64,000 nucleotides of DNA from Eimeria praecox (lineage: Eukaryota): assembly GCA_963920595.1 (NCBI GenBank), contig OY986946.1, forward strand, positions 6,014,001 through 6,078,000. The letters run 5' to 3'. The translations under genes and the position numbers were made by a program. This document shows, piece by piece, positions 39,804-53,289 of this stretch. Positions within the stretch are counted from its first letter, which is position 1; each line of letters opens with the position of its first letter. The notes under the pieces are model-generated. The model was not told the origin of the DNA. It did not search any database and saw only the letters and a program-made list of their open reading frames with translations.

Positions 39804-42800
39804 ACAGCAAGGGAGGAGATACTTGCCTGTCTACAAGGACCTTGATATATTGCTTTGTGTGTCCCACAGTGTGCTCGCTACGGTCCGAGTGTGAAGAAAA
39901 CCAAACCTAAACACAAAGCCCCAACATCGCATGCAGTCTACGTTCTTGCATGCATTATGCATGCAGAAGCCTTCGGACAGCTCAACAGCTTGTTAAGTGT
40001 ATATACACACCCCCGAACCAGCCACAGCCTGTATGCCGCAGGTGCTCTTGGAGTGGTTGCTGCATGCATTCTTCTGCATGCATTCATCTGCATGCATTCT
40101 TCTGCATGCATGCTGTTGCATGCAATGCATGCCAGCCCCAAATATGTGAGGAAGTCTCACCTTTTGTACAGTCCCTACCATCCAATCGTAGCAGGTGTAG
40201 GCCTCGAAGAGTTGTGTGGCTTCTCTGCTGCGACGTTTAACTACTTGTGAATTGAGCTGCTTCATTGCTGCAGCAGGAGTATTCGGACGCGGATAGAACT
40301 GACTGATATTGACTGCCTGCAGCAGCGCATGCAGCAGCGCATGCAGCAGCGCATACAGCAGCGCATGCAGCAGCGCATGCAACCGCGCATACAGCAGCGC
40401 ATGCAACAGCGCATGCAGCAGCGCATGCAGCCAGCAGCGCATGCAGCCAGCAGCGCATGCAGCCAGCAGCGCATGCAGCCAGCAGCGCATGCAGCCAGCA
40501 GCGCATGCAGCCAGCAGCACACTACAGACACCTGAAGAAAGGCCTTACCCCCGCCTCTGGGGCTGCAGCTGCATCCCCAGAGACGAAGGACAAAGCCTTT
40601 CTTCAGCTAACTGTAGCTATCTGGAGCTAGCTGAAGCCACAGAACCTCCTACTACCAGTAGCAGCTAGCTACTTCCAGCTCACTAAGCCGGCGCAGCCCC
40701 CCTCCCCCTCCTCCCCCCCCCCTCTTCCTCCCTTAGCCCTCGGCTGAGGGCCCCAGTGCATGCAGTACAGGACCTACAGGGAAGCGGTAGTCTGCCAGAA
40801 GCTGAAGGGTCTGGTTATGATCTTCTTCACTTTCCCCCGGGAAGCCACATATGATGTCAGTCATAATACTCATACGGGGATGAGCAGCTAAGCATGCATC
40901 TACCACCTGTCGAAACTGCTCTACAGTGTAGTCTCTCTTCTGTACACACAACAACCCCAAACATACACACACATATACACTATATAGCTACACAACAGCA
41001 GCACCAACAGCAGCAACAGCAGCAACAGAAGCTGCAGCGGAAGCAGCAAAGGTAGACGCAGCAGGAGCAGAAAGGAGGAGGAGCAGCAGCAGCAACTGAT
41101 TCATCTCCTTCCCCCTGCCAGTGCTTAACACCTCCCCCCCCCCCCCCCCCCCAAATCAACAGCAGCAACAACAGCAGCAACAGCAGCAGGAGAAGTTGCT
41201 GCTGTGTTTGTTTGCTGTGGGGTGTCTACGCACCATCCGACTCAGGACCCTGTTGCTACCGGACTGTACAGGGAGATGTAAGAATTCGAAGACATTAGGA
41301 TGCCCTAAGATATTTGTTGCTGCATTTAACTGGCCTAACAAGAAGGGGGGATTACCCATACCCACACGCAGCATCACCTCCTCAGGGAGAGGATGCTGCA
41401 GCAGACGCCGCAGCAGCTGCGTCAAGCTGCTGCCAATGTCCAGACCATATGCACCTGCAGCAACTCAGACACAACCCCACACACACACACACACACACAC
41501 CTTGCTCCATATTGCCATGCATGCATGCATGCATGCATGCATGCATGCATGCAGCCCCAAAGACCCTGATAAGAACGCCAGGCAGAGATATCAGCGTAAA
41601 GGGGCATGCATGCAGGAGCAAAACACAAAGACCCATGAGACACAGAAAAGATAAAGATACGGCAGACACAGGAAGACAATAGGCAGAGACAGAGAAGAAG
41701 AAGAGACATACACAGGAGACAAATACACAGAAAGGAGACAGATGAGATGGAGGCACAAGCAGAAAACGCAAACAACCAGAGGAATCAGAGACTCAGAGAC
41801 AAATGTTAACAAAGAGAAAGAACGAAGTTTGGCTAGCGGCCTCATGACAGCCTCCCACAGTCCAGACAGCCCAGAGGTGTCTTGTCTAGAGCTGTCCTGC
41901 TGCAGTTGTGTCTGCTGCAGCAGGGTCTCTGCTTTCTTGCTGTGTCTGCAGCTGCTGCTGCTGCAGCTGCTGCAGCAGCTGCTGCAGCAGACTGTCTCCT
42001 CACCTGTGTCTTCGCTTGTCAGCCAAATCTGCGTGGCTCCCTGTTCTATGGCGCTTCGCACTCGAGCTTCGATGGCCTCCTCGGGGTAGCTTCCCAGATC
42101 TCCGCTGCAGCAAGACAGACACAGACACAGACACAGAGGTGCAGCAAGCCCCTCTTTGCAGTCCTGCAGCAGCAGCTGCTGCTGCTGCAGCTACGGTGGT
42201 TGCTGCTGCGGACAGGTTCAGCTGTCCATACACCCCAGGGGTTGTTGCTAAACCCGAGAACAGGACAAGACAGCAAGCAAACAGGGGAAAGAAGAGACAA
42301 AGTCAGGGGAAGATACACTTAAGAATAATAATTAATAATAACAATAATAAATAATAATGATAATAACAATAAATAATAGTAATAATAATAATAAATAATA
42401 ATAATAATAAGGAGAAGAAGGAGAAGGAGAAGGAGAAGGAGAAGAAGAAGAGGCCCACCGTGCATGTTTTGTCTTGCAGTAAGTACAGTTGCCTAGACAC
42501 CCCGTGCTAATAGGCACAATTTCTATGAGGCGATTGCGCCGGATCTTCGGCAAGTCTAAAGGGGGCAGTCTGCAGCACAGCAGCGCAAAACCTGGGGGCC
42601 CTCGCTGATATCAGGGGGGCCCCACACTTCCCCCAGGGGCCCCTATACAGCCACAGAGGCCCTCTATATATCTATATAGATATATAGATATATAGATATA
42701 TCTATACATATCTATATCTATATCTATATACCTATATATCTATATTTATATCTATATCTATATCTATATCTATATCTATATCTATATCTATATCTATATC

Positions 42801-43954
42801 TATATCTATATCTATATCTATATCTATATCTATATCTATATCTATAGGTATATCTATTTATCTATTTATCTATACCTATATATTTATCTATACTGATAGA
42901 TAGATAGGCAGATAGATAGATAGAGAAAGGGGCCTCTTAACACAAGAGCAGGGGCCCCTACGTATAATACCAAGGGCCTCTAGACACCATAGCAGGGGCC
43001 CCTATAAACTCACAGACACAAATCTGCTCCTATACAACCACACAAGGTGCCTCTCTGCTTCACTGTCTGTGGCCCTTGTCTCCCTCTTAGACTGTTAACT
43101 GGCTAGCTGCTCGGCTGGGGGTTTAGGGTTTTCACGTTAGGGTTTTAGGGTTTAGGGTTTGAGAGGCATAAGACTACGCCTGTATCGACTCTGAATCAAT
43201 ATGCAGGACGAAGACTGCGAGCTCGTGCTACAGGGTGTACAGACAGCTCATCCCTTGCCGCCTGTCTATGAGCTGGTGGTGGTGTGGGGTGTACAGACAG
43301 CTCATCCCTTGCCGCCTGTGTATGGGCTGGTGGTGGTGTGGGGTGTACAGACAGCTCACCCCTTTCCGCCTGTCAGGCGAACGATACGCCCCTGTAAGGC
43401 CTCCTCCACAACTTCAACGATACGGCTAAATGCTGATACCCCCACAATCGAGCATTGATCGAGGAGGCTCTCCTGCCATGGAGCCGCTGTCCCCGCAGGC
43501 CCCTTGCCTCTTCTGTCTCCTCGAGCAGCCCCAGGGACACATCCTGCCACTACGCACGGGATCTTCCTTCGTTTCTGCTGCTGCTGCTGCTGATGTTGTT
43601 GTTGCTGTTGTTGTTGTTGTTGCTGTTGTTGCTGTTGTTGCTGCTGTTGCTGCTGCTCTGCTGCTATACCGTTTTCAAGGTATTCCTTCGGTCTTCCTTC
43701 TCCTTCTGCTCCTGCTGCTGCTGTTGCTGCTGCTGCTGTAGAGGTGCTGCTGCTGCATGCAGAAGGTAGTCCTAAAGCAGTTCGAATAATAGAGTAGAGA
43801 GCGAACTCAGAGGGGCTCTTCACTGTACATGAGTTAACTACACAGATATCTGCCTCCTCCATCTTCTCTACAAAACGATAGCCCGATGCATGCAACAGAC
43901 CTTCTGCAGCAGCAGCAACACCATCCACAAACAACACCTGCTGCAGTAAAGTAT

Positions 43955-43988
<34 letters not shown>

Positions 43989-44290
43989 AGCAGCAGCATA
44001 CAGCGACAGCAAATCGCATGCAAAGAATGTTAACGGCGCCCGCAGAATTAATAGAAGAAAAACAAGATAACAGGAAGAAAGATATATCTTCACCCCCACC
44101 CGTTATAACTGCCTGCTCTAACCCCTAAACCCTAAACCCTAAACCCTAAACCCTAAACCCTAAACCCTAAAGTATACGTACGCATATATTCTGAGTCGGA
44201 GATATTGTGAGAACATCCGAATGTCTTGAAGTAAACTTTAGAGCGCCCAGGAAGGAAGGTACCCTCATCACTGGGCCTGGCTTCTTCAGG

Positions 44291-44338
<48 letters not shown>

Positions 44339-44959
44339 AGTGTCTGTTGGTGCTGTTGCTGCAGCAGCAGCTGTCGGGAGTTCTTCTCCTTCCTCTCTTT
44401 CATTGTTTGCTTTTGTTAGATGCGAATTAACACGCCGTCTCGCTGCCTTTGGTTGCAGGTAGGTGGTGTGTTTGGCTGCACGTGCTGCTTTCTTAATCTC
44501 ATCATCGCTGTCTTGTAAATCTTCAAGGTCTGCCTCCTCCTCTTCTTCTTCTTCTTCTTCTTCTGCTTCTGCTTCTCCCGCCGTCTCAGAAGAACAAGCA
44601 CAACCACAGCTGCCACCACAGCAGTTGTCTGAGGTGTCTGCGGCTATACCTGGGGTTGATGCTGCAGGCGGGGCTGCAGTAGCAGCAGCAAAATCTGTTG
44701 CTGCTGCTGCTGCTGCTGCAGCAGCAGCAGCAGCAGCAGATTTTGCACGGAAGAAACGCCAGGCGAGATAACCTGCGCAACTGAAAGCTGTCCCCACCTC
44801 CACAGCAACAAGGGCGGGGCCCCCTCGCCCTCTCCCTGTGAGCTGCAGCGTTGCTGCTGTTCCTGCTATCAACACCGCTACAGCGGCACAGGCTGTGGGG
44901 AAGACCTGCTCCCATGTGGGGGAGGAGGGGCCCTGAGAAGGGTCTAGAGATGAAGGCAT
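39471..44959 (-). CDS. CDKAL1: Threonylcarbamoyladenosine tRNA methylthiotransferase (CDKAL1/eMtaB, radical SAM + TRAM); exons 44959-44182, 43903-43360, 42569-42459, 42104-42004, 41454-41234, 40939-40778, 40316-40161, 39906-39827, 39567-39471
   Basis: [59 protein letters not shown] (radical SAM CxxxCxxC), [43 protein letters not shown], and a TRAM-like C-terminus. All junctions are phase consistent. Confidence 0.95.
40317..40516. repeat. 12/16-bp minisatellite (GCAGCAGCGCAT / GCAGCCAGCAGCGCAT) abutting a CDKAL1 acceptor
   Basis: Direct tandem array; most units contain GCATGC. Confidence 0.9.
43233..43374. repeat. 54-bp tandem repeat (about 2.6 copies) overlapping the CDKAL1 exon 2 donor
   Basis: Units start at 43233, 43287 and 43341 (GGGTGTACAGACAGCTCA...). 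Confidence 0.92.
44123..44171 (-). repeat. Telomere-like (AAACCCT)n about 10 nt inside CDKAL1 intron 1
   Basis: About 7 perfect units. Confidence 0.9.
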
Positions 44960-46399
44960 TGCATTAGAAAGACAACACTATGACGAGATAAGAAAGGCAG
45001 GGGGAAGCCAGTAGATCTAACGCTCTTCTATGGGCTACAGACCCCGCGCAGCAAAGGAGGCAGGCAAGGTAGAGATAAGAAGTAGTGTATTAATACATCA
45101 ATATAATTATAATTATATATTTAAATATACTTAATAAACAATTTCTTCCTTAGTGTTTAGGGCGGAGACCTGCATGCGGCCATTTGTAGAAGGCCAACGT
45201 GGGGCCCCCCTCGTTCACCTTCGATTAGGGTTAGGGGCCCCAACAGACAGAACTACACGCGCTTAAGAAGAATGAGAGATATTAAGATATATTTGTTTTT
45301 ATTACTAAGTATATTATATTAAATAAGTGGAATAGCAATAGAAATGCTGGAAAGACCTCTGTCACCGGCCTAATCGCGTATATATTTTAAGTACCTCTAA
45401 CTATGGCTCGAGTGTTTTATTTAGTTTCGATGAAGATTACTTGAAAATTGTTTATTATGTTGAATTCTATCCTCCCATCAAATCCTGTGGAGGCGTATGC
45501 ACCATGAGGCCGGCGGTAGACTCCCCTCCAGATGGTCTATTCCTATGCCGCGTACACAAAATATAATATATATTCTATTAAACTCCAAACACACATTAAT
45601 ACTTCCTACTTTTACTGGCTGTCGTGAAAGCCTATCGATATGCTTGGCCATGCAGGCTTCTTCTCAGGTCTGCAATAGAGTATAGACTATGGAGAAACAT
45701 CGGGCCCGAATGGCTGACAGTCGCACAGGCATATCTACCTCCAGTTGCCTCATTGTTTATTGAAATTCGTATTAATGGTGAGGCGTACTAATTCACGCAG
45801 GGTGCAATGTGGATATGATAACTAAAGCCACTGTGAGGAGGTGCAACCTACCAGTCCATTCGTGGCTGCAGTCTCTGCGGCTAAGCTTTACTGCTGGCAG
45901 ACAGAACACAAGAACCGGTAAAACTACTGGCGTAAATTGCTAGATCTATTCATGAATGCGTCATGCTACAATGCCGCGGGACTTCTATGTTGACCCAGCT
46001 CACCACGGTATAATCTTAGTCATGCCTAGTGCGACTCACTCAAGGGCGCAGATGCGATCTCCACATTAGATTATTCGGAGAGCGGTGAGGATGTGCACAT
46101 ATCATTTGCCTCCTCTGCGGTAAGACATGTGGAATCACTGTCACAAGGGGAAAGGAGCAAGGAGGGTCTTACGCAGGGCACAGGCATTGCTAGGGACGAC
46201 TGAGAAATGCATGCATTTCGTTTTGAAGTTCTTCCGAGACCGCTGTTTGGTGGATTTCTTCCAGTTAACGTTTGAAGAGCAACAGAACCTGGCAAAATCC
46301 TACTAATAGTTCTCAGATCTATTCAGTAAGAGGGAACTCGCAGCCGGTAAGCCACCCTCTGTACGCACAGCCTACTGGGCCTAGCTTACTCTTGAAACA

Positions 46400-49300
46400 G
46401 TCCCAAGTTTTGTTTTAAGGTACAGCCAACCCAGACATCTCCAAGAGGGAACTGAAGGTCAAGCAGAAGCATTGTTACAAAAAGGCAAGGTTCAGCCTTC
46501 AGCCAGCACCGCTGGGCACAATCTGGCATTGGCGAAGGAAAAGGAAGGCAGAAGCTCATGACTGCAGCAGCAGGAGACGCAGGTCATCGGCAGGATATGA
46601 AGCAGCGAGTGACGCAGACAAACGCAACAGCTAGATATTCGGCAGATGTAGCAGGAGGGGTCAATGTATTCCTACCAACACTACCCGCTACAGCACCGAC
46701 AAGTGCGGCAGGGGCCCCCGCTCGGTTTACGCTTCTTGTTGTGCGCGGTCAGACGCATGAGGGCATATGGCAGTTAAGCGGGAGGGATGGCAGATGCCGA
46801 GTGGTAGTGTGATGTTGGCACTCGTATCTCTCCTTTGTCGCAGGCTGACTTTGGAGGGTCAAGCAACTGTTTAACTAGTGTCTGCACTGCAGCCTAAAAC
46901 GCGGATTCATGCGGCAAGTGATTGTTTCTGCCTGACTATGGGGTTGCCTTAAGGTACTTACTGCAGCAATCTGTACTGCATCGCATGACAAGCCTGTCCG
47001 TGTCCTCAACGGCCCAGACCCTAGAGCAGCTGTGCCCAGAAGGCATGGAGGCTGAAGGAGACAGGAGCTGCCTTTTGCGAACTTCTTCTTCAAGTATTTG
47101 ACTTTTTTGCAGCTCGTGACGGTCCTCGGATAAGACCGATGACTCTCCCTACAAGCGGCCTGCCGAGAGCTCCAGCACTTCTGGGTGCAGCCCATGATAC
47201 AAGACATTCCCCATAAAGCGGTACCCAAGCCCACTCGCTTTTGGCGCATACCCTAGTGCTGTAGGTAACCTTTAAACGATCACGTAGCCCTGAATAAGCA
47301 GCCTGCAGGCGTTCAGATGAACAGGGTCCAACATCGGGGGGACGCCGTGCCGCACCCTGCTTGTATGTTGTAATAGCATTAGCGCCGGACCAATGTGAGG
47401 TGCAACAGAGTGAAGCTTGATGCCTGTCTAGGGCCTCAGACACCTCTGCTACACCTTTATTTGATTGGAGGGCTTGAAGCCTGCTCGCATGCTATGCCCC
47501 CCCTTCATTTGCTTCACTGGCACCCGATTGCCTCAAAGCACTCCAGTTGGTGTCCTATGAGCTTTGCCTCTTCCAAGTAGGTCGTCCGCTTGCCTCTCGT
47601 GCTCTCCTTAGAGATCCCTTCACCTCGGAGCAGACATTGCGCCACCATTTGATGTGAGTTCGGTGAGACACACTGCGCGTCCAACAGGTAGCGCGGCAGC
47701 TCGGAATTCCCATATTTTAGTTACCTCTGAGCGCTCGGCCTTCAACTGTGCCAGCTTCTGCTGGCCAGTGCCAAAGTCTTCTTCGGCGATAACTATGATA
47801 ATTAATTTCTTTTTCCTAAGCATTCAATCATCTCTTAGAGCCCCGCCCTGTCGTTCTTTATATCCCTCATCGCAGCCCAGACAGTTGCTGATTAGTTCTA
47901 TACACCGGTTACAGGGCTTTTATATCGCTGGTTTTGTCGTCCTAAAAAGCAGCGATGTAAAAGCTCTGTATCCACCATGGGGCGTCTGTTTAGAGCAGGC
48001 CAGCTCTATAGACAGCTTCCATTGCTTATATGTTCCTAATTCTGCCATACCCTGCTTGCTGCAAGGGTCCTCCATCTTAATTGAAGAACTTAGCGAGCTG
48101 CATCATAGTCAGGGGCTTGAGAACAAAGCTCCTCAAAAGCAGCTGGCCTTCTTCCCAGTCTCCAGGTGCCCTGAGCATAGCGGCCTAAGTGCATGGAGCT
48201 TGTAGATTTACGAGCTGGCCTGCCATGAGCTGCAGCTGACCTTCCTGCTGCAATTGATGTATGGCAACTGCACCTGCAGGCACAACGAATCCCTTCTAAC
48301 ATGGTAGCTTGTCCTGCCTACAGGCTTTAAGCCCTTACTTGACCTTCCATAGTCATCTTGCGAGCAAGTCGAGACAGGAGTGCCATCATCAAGTAGACCA
48401 TGCTGCACTGCTCCCTTGCAGAGCAAGGAACACTACATGCTGCAGCAGCTGCCAGAAAGATTGTATGGCCCCGATGCGGGTCAGGAAATATGGTACAACT
48501 GCGGAAATAGAGCAGCCAATGCAGTGCCTCCCCTTCCAGTGAGGACAGCGATAAATCGCCGTGATGCGAATGGGATATGCGGGGGCATTCTTTCTAAATT
48601 GCGTCCTCGGCTAATGCGTTTCCGACCGGTTTGGCTGAAGATACTGCCTTGGTTCCAAACCGGTGAGGCGCCCAGCCTTTAGTCTCCCCCCTCTGGAAGG
48701 GGGGCTATTGGTCATTGGGGAAGGGGCTGAATCTATGACTACGGTTTTAGGGGAAGAATCGGAAGCTCTTTCTGTTCCTTTTGCCAGCGAGAAGCCATCC
48801 CTACTTATCAGCTCTGCAAGCCAGAAGGTTCATCTGCGGCGGTCAGGTTCTTATCTCGCGCCTTTCCCTCCTAACCACGCAGTGTTTACTGAGGCTAAGA
48901 AGCTTCTTCGCTGGTAGCTGAACTTACTGAGCTGCTAGGATCAAAATAGTTGAGATACCGCTCTCCCAGAAGCAAGTGGAACCTTCCCCACACTCCAGGA
49001 GTCCTGGGTATCTCTGATCAACTGCGTGGCACTGATGAGGAAAGGAATCAGCCTGGCACGAGTTCCGGCGTGCATAGTTCCAACTGCAGGGTGTTCCCAC
49101 ATGCGAGCATACCGCTGCCTCTCCTATTGCATGCACTGTCCCCCTGTGCAACCGGTAAACACTAGATGTCCCGTCAGTACACAGCATGAAGGGCAGTTGC
49201 AAGCCAATACTCACTGCGAACAGCTGTTGACTATGGCCTCACGATAAGTACTCTCAGTAAGTTCCTCTCCTGAGGCCACAGCCAGCGACTGTGCATATTG

Positions 49301-49700
49301 GTAACCAGAGCATAGGGTTGGGTGTAAGGGGTATTGAGCTTAGCCTGCTGTACAAGCTTAGGGCTATGCTGCTTGCTTAATGGGCATACTGAAAGCTATT
49401 CCCTGTATCAAGCGAATGCTTCAGCATCCCCCTTCCACAGGAGCATCCAAAAACACCTTGCCGTAAACAAATGCTCAAGGTTAGATGCGGGAAGGCAGCC
49501 ATCAATTGCCGTGAGACTGGAAGCTGTAGGCAGTCCACTGAAAGGTGGATTCACATGCTTGGGTCTATGATAACAGCGACAACCCTGGCCTGCATACTTA
49601 TGTCCTGAAGGGAGGGTGTGGCCTTGAGCTCTCCTCCACTTCCCAAGTATGGCTGCACAGTAAGCGGGTAGTAGCGGCTGCTGCATGCATCAAGCGCCAT
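46400..49700. mobile_element. Possible highly decayed Ty3/gypsy (chromovirus-like) retrotransposon relic
   Basis: Repeat-poor, compositionally balanced stretch with no long ORF or clear exon chain. A frameshifted VYLDD-like remnant lies on the minus strand near 48385-48398. The peptide at 47090-47443 (GPCSSER...GLRDRLKVTYSTRVC...WVPL) resembles, from memory, relics of Eimeria chromoviral elements. Boundaries are approximate. Confidence 0.35.
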
Positions 49701-50594
49701 CACAATACCACTTAACAGCAGCCAATGTTTTTTAAAATGCTTGTTGGGTAGTTAAATGGAAAGAAACGCATCCCTGCTCCGTGCGCCCCCCACTCCTGGG
49801 GTTCATGTCGACACGGTACATGAATAAGCAGACAAAATTGACTGCATTTTTTCCTTGTGATTATCATATTTGGAACCAGGAAGTACATTTTCATAAATTA
49901 TTTTCAGATAAAATTTGTGACGCTTTCGGGTTGCCGATCGTAGCTTCATTCCGCCGTCGGCCGAGGACTGAATGTGCGGCTGCCGCGCGATGCCGCATGC
50001 GCGTTCTCTTCGGGATAAAACAACCATATTTGTTGAATATCCTTTTGGAATACACTTTGGCATCTCCATTGGCAAGCTCCGAACCGTGGGGAGGCCTTTG
50101 CTGCCTAATTTTACTGCTTCTCTCAGCCCTTTCGTAGCAACTGGGACAGGTGTCTCATCGCCTAGCCCAAGCACAACAGCCCAGCAAGCAGCCACGATTA
50201 TACAGGAAGACTGTCGACTTGACGCACAGAAACGGGTGCTTGCGGCTCAGTCCGTTGCACTGCTGCAGCCTGAAGCAGATCCCGTTGCATCGGCTTCTGC
50301 TGGGGCTCGGCTGCCTCTCGGCTCTAGCTGTTCCTTCGCACGCCTTTGAGGCAGTCCAGTGCCCGCCTTGTAACAAATCTGCGGCAGGGAGACTTACGGA
50401 TCCTTCCGTGGATGCAGAGACGGCGGGCGGGGGTTGCTGTTTCAGGTGTTTGCCATTCATCTGCAGCAGCATGCGATCGGTTGGCGTCAAGTGGTGCGGG
50501 AACTGAAGGGTTGCTGTTTCTGCAACCGTCAGTTGCTTGCATCTAGAGTGTACAGACGGACGGCGTGCATGCAAGTGCTAAGGGGGAGGCGGCC

Positions 50595-51373
50595 ATGCCC
50601 TCACATCAGAGAGAAACCAGATCTCGCGCAGCCAATGCGCAGCGACGCGACACTTCTGCTGCTGCTGCTGCTTCTGGGTCTATACCATCTCAGGACTCGA
50701 CTGCCTTCAGGGGTAGCGTGGCCCGCAGCCACAGCATAGAACCCTGGGACACCGCTGAGACAGGAGGCCGCAGCAAGCGAGCTGCTGCGACGGGGTCTGC
50801 TGCAGCAGCGTCAGCAGCAAGTGCAGGTGCAGCTGGCAGTACCAACAGACGCGAAAGCAGGAGGACCCGCCATGGAGGTACAGCTGCTCCCCCTGCAGCC
50901 GACGGAAGCAGCAGCAGCAGCAGTGGGACGGCGAACTACTCCGGCGAGCCGCACAAGCGTAGTGCTGGGGTGGGGCCCCACAGCAGCAGCAGCAGCAGCG
51001 CTAGGCAGCAGCACTCAGGCGGGTCTGTGGGCCAGCGACGCAGCAGCAACGTGAGCCAGGCATCGAATTGTTCGGAGGATGCTGAGGAGGAGGAGGCAAC
51101 GTGCCCCCTCTGTCTGGAGACGCTGGACGAGACAGACAGGGGTCTCTTCCCCTGCGAATGCGGCTACCAAGTGGGCTGGGGTGTCGTAGGGTTTGTAGCT
51201 TTAGTGTTGATAGCATTGGGGCTTGAGATTGTGGCAGCAGCAGCCACATGGTGCAGTTGCAACAGATCTCTACTTCTTTCTAAAGCCGAGGCTACCCCGA
51301 AGGGTGCTGCGGGAGAGGAATTAAGGGGAGCGCCTGTGGGGCTACGCTTGTTGGCGAGAGATGTATGTTGCTG

Positions 51374-51406
<33 letters not shown>

Positions 51407-53203
51407 TCTCGCAGGTATGTCTTTGGTGTTTGCATCACATACGAGACCACCTGGCGAACAAGTGCCCGGCTTGTCGCCGCGACTATGACGAGAAGAAATT
51501 CAAATACGACCAATCGAAGGTGTTAGAGTGAGTTTCCTTGGCAGCAGTTTGCTGCTGCTGCATTTGCTTGCTGCTGCCGGAATAGCCTGCTGCTGCTGCA
51601 GTGGCAAGCTGCTGCTGCTGCAGCCTGCATGCTGTAGCGGCAGAAAGGGGGCTGCTGCAGACAGACGGATAGGAGCCCCGCGTAGATATACGTTCGGTGA
51701 TGGAGACGAGAACCAGGTTGACTAGACATTCAACAGTTAACAGATCTGGGGCATGTCGATGCATGCAGATAACGAAGTTGTGCTGGTGGTTATGGCGTCT
51801 GTCTCTAGCTTGCCGTTGTCAGCTGTGAGACAGCAGAGAAAGCATTAGAAGGTAACAGGTGGATGGGTGTGGGATGTGCTTCTGCTTAGGCTCACAAAAC
51901 AAATAGGGCGCAAGTCTAGAGACAAGGTGTGTGGGGCTTCGGACCCAACGAGGAGCGGAAGCAGCGGCGGTGGCGGCGGCAGCAGCAGCAGCAGCAGCAG
52001 CAATCGCACCGCCGGTGCCTCTGGGACAGCACGGGGAGGCACCTCCAGCAGCAGCTCTACATCTGCCTATAGCAGCAATAGCAGAAACGCTGCAGCGCAG
52101 CAGCAGCAAGCACCAGGGGCTAACCGTCGCGGTTCTCGAGAAGCTCCAGCTCCAGCACCCGCACAAGCGGCGGCTCTGAAGGACGTTCGTGTTATTCAAC
52201 GCTGTCTGGTCTACGTTATCGGCATTCCCCCCTCAATTGCAAAGAAGGAGGTTCGTTGCTACTGTTCAGGGTTTAATATTTAAGGGATAGGGTTGTTAGG
52301 GAATACACTCCAGAAGCAGGGGCTGAGGGTAGATCGCCTTGAAGTGCTCTTCAGCTTGATGCAGGAAGCCTCCATACAACAATTGGCGGGGTTTGTCTGT
52401 TGTACTTATTTATACCTTGGGGAGTGTCTCGTTTGGGAGACAGTTTGCTGGCTCTCAGCGAGCTGCCTGTCAATTGATGCATGCGGTGTTAGTACACGTT
52501 TTAGATTAAGGGTTTTTTCAGGTGTATGCTGAGATCTGTCCGCAGATTTTACGCCGTCATGAATTTTTTGGGCAGTACGGCAAAGTTCTGCAAATTGTCG
52601 TGAATAAGAATCAAGGGTGCGTTCTGTTGCTGTTGCTGCTGCTATTGCTGCTGCTGTTGCTGCTGCTGTTGCTGCTGCTGTTGCTGCTGACAGATGCTGC
52701 GTATTTCCACCCTCCGTGTCTGTATTGGCCTGATGGATTAGGCTTCGTGTGTTTTGCTGGTGGTTTGTTTCTTTTTGTTGGCTTGTTGGTGGGGCTTCAA
52801 GGGACACGTGCGTTCGGGGTGTACGTACGTTGCAGACACTGGGGGGGCCCTTCATATGCAGTATATGTCACATATTCTTCTAGTAAAGAAGCAATAGCGG
52901 CGATCCAAGGGGTGGATGGCGCGGTGTACGAGGGGCGGACTCTGAAGGCTTCATTTGGCACAACAAAGTACGCATCTACAGCCTCAGTCTACAGCCTCAG
53001 TTGCCTTCAAAGCTGCAGCCTTGATGCCAAGGGCAGGGGAGCTGCAGCTGTACAGGCGAAGCGATTCAGAGGAGCAGCGTTCCTTGCCTAATTCGCCCCT
53101 TGTGCCGCTGGAAAGGAATGCGGTAGTGGTCTGCGCTTTGGCTGGGGTTGTTTCCGCTGTTTCGTGACCTCGTCTTTAGGTTCTGTTTCAAGCAAATGGC
53201 CGC

Positions 53204-53289
<86 letters not shown>

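Noticed and set aside
52522..53091. Read-through ORF suggesting a hydrophobic insert in the NOT4 RRM
   Set aside because: The insert is a CTG-rich GT-AG intron (52617-52835) that happens to lack stops in that frame.
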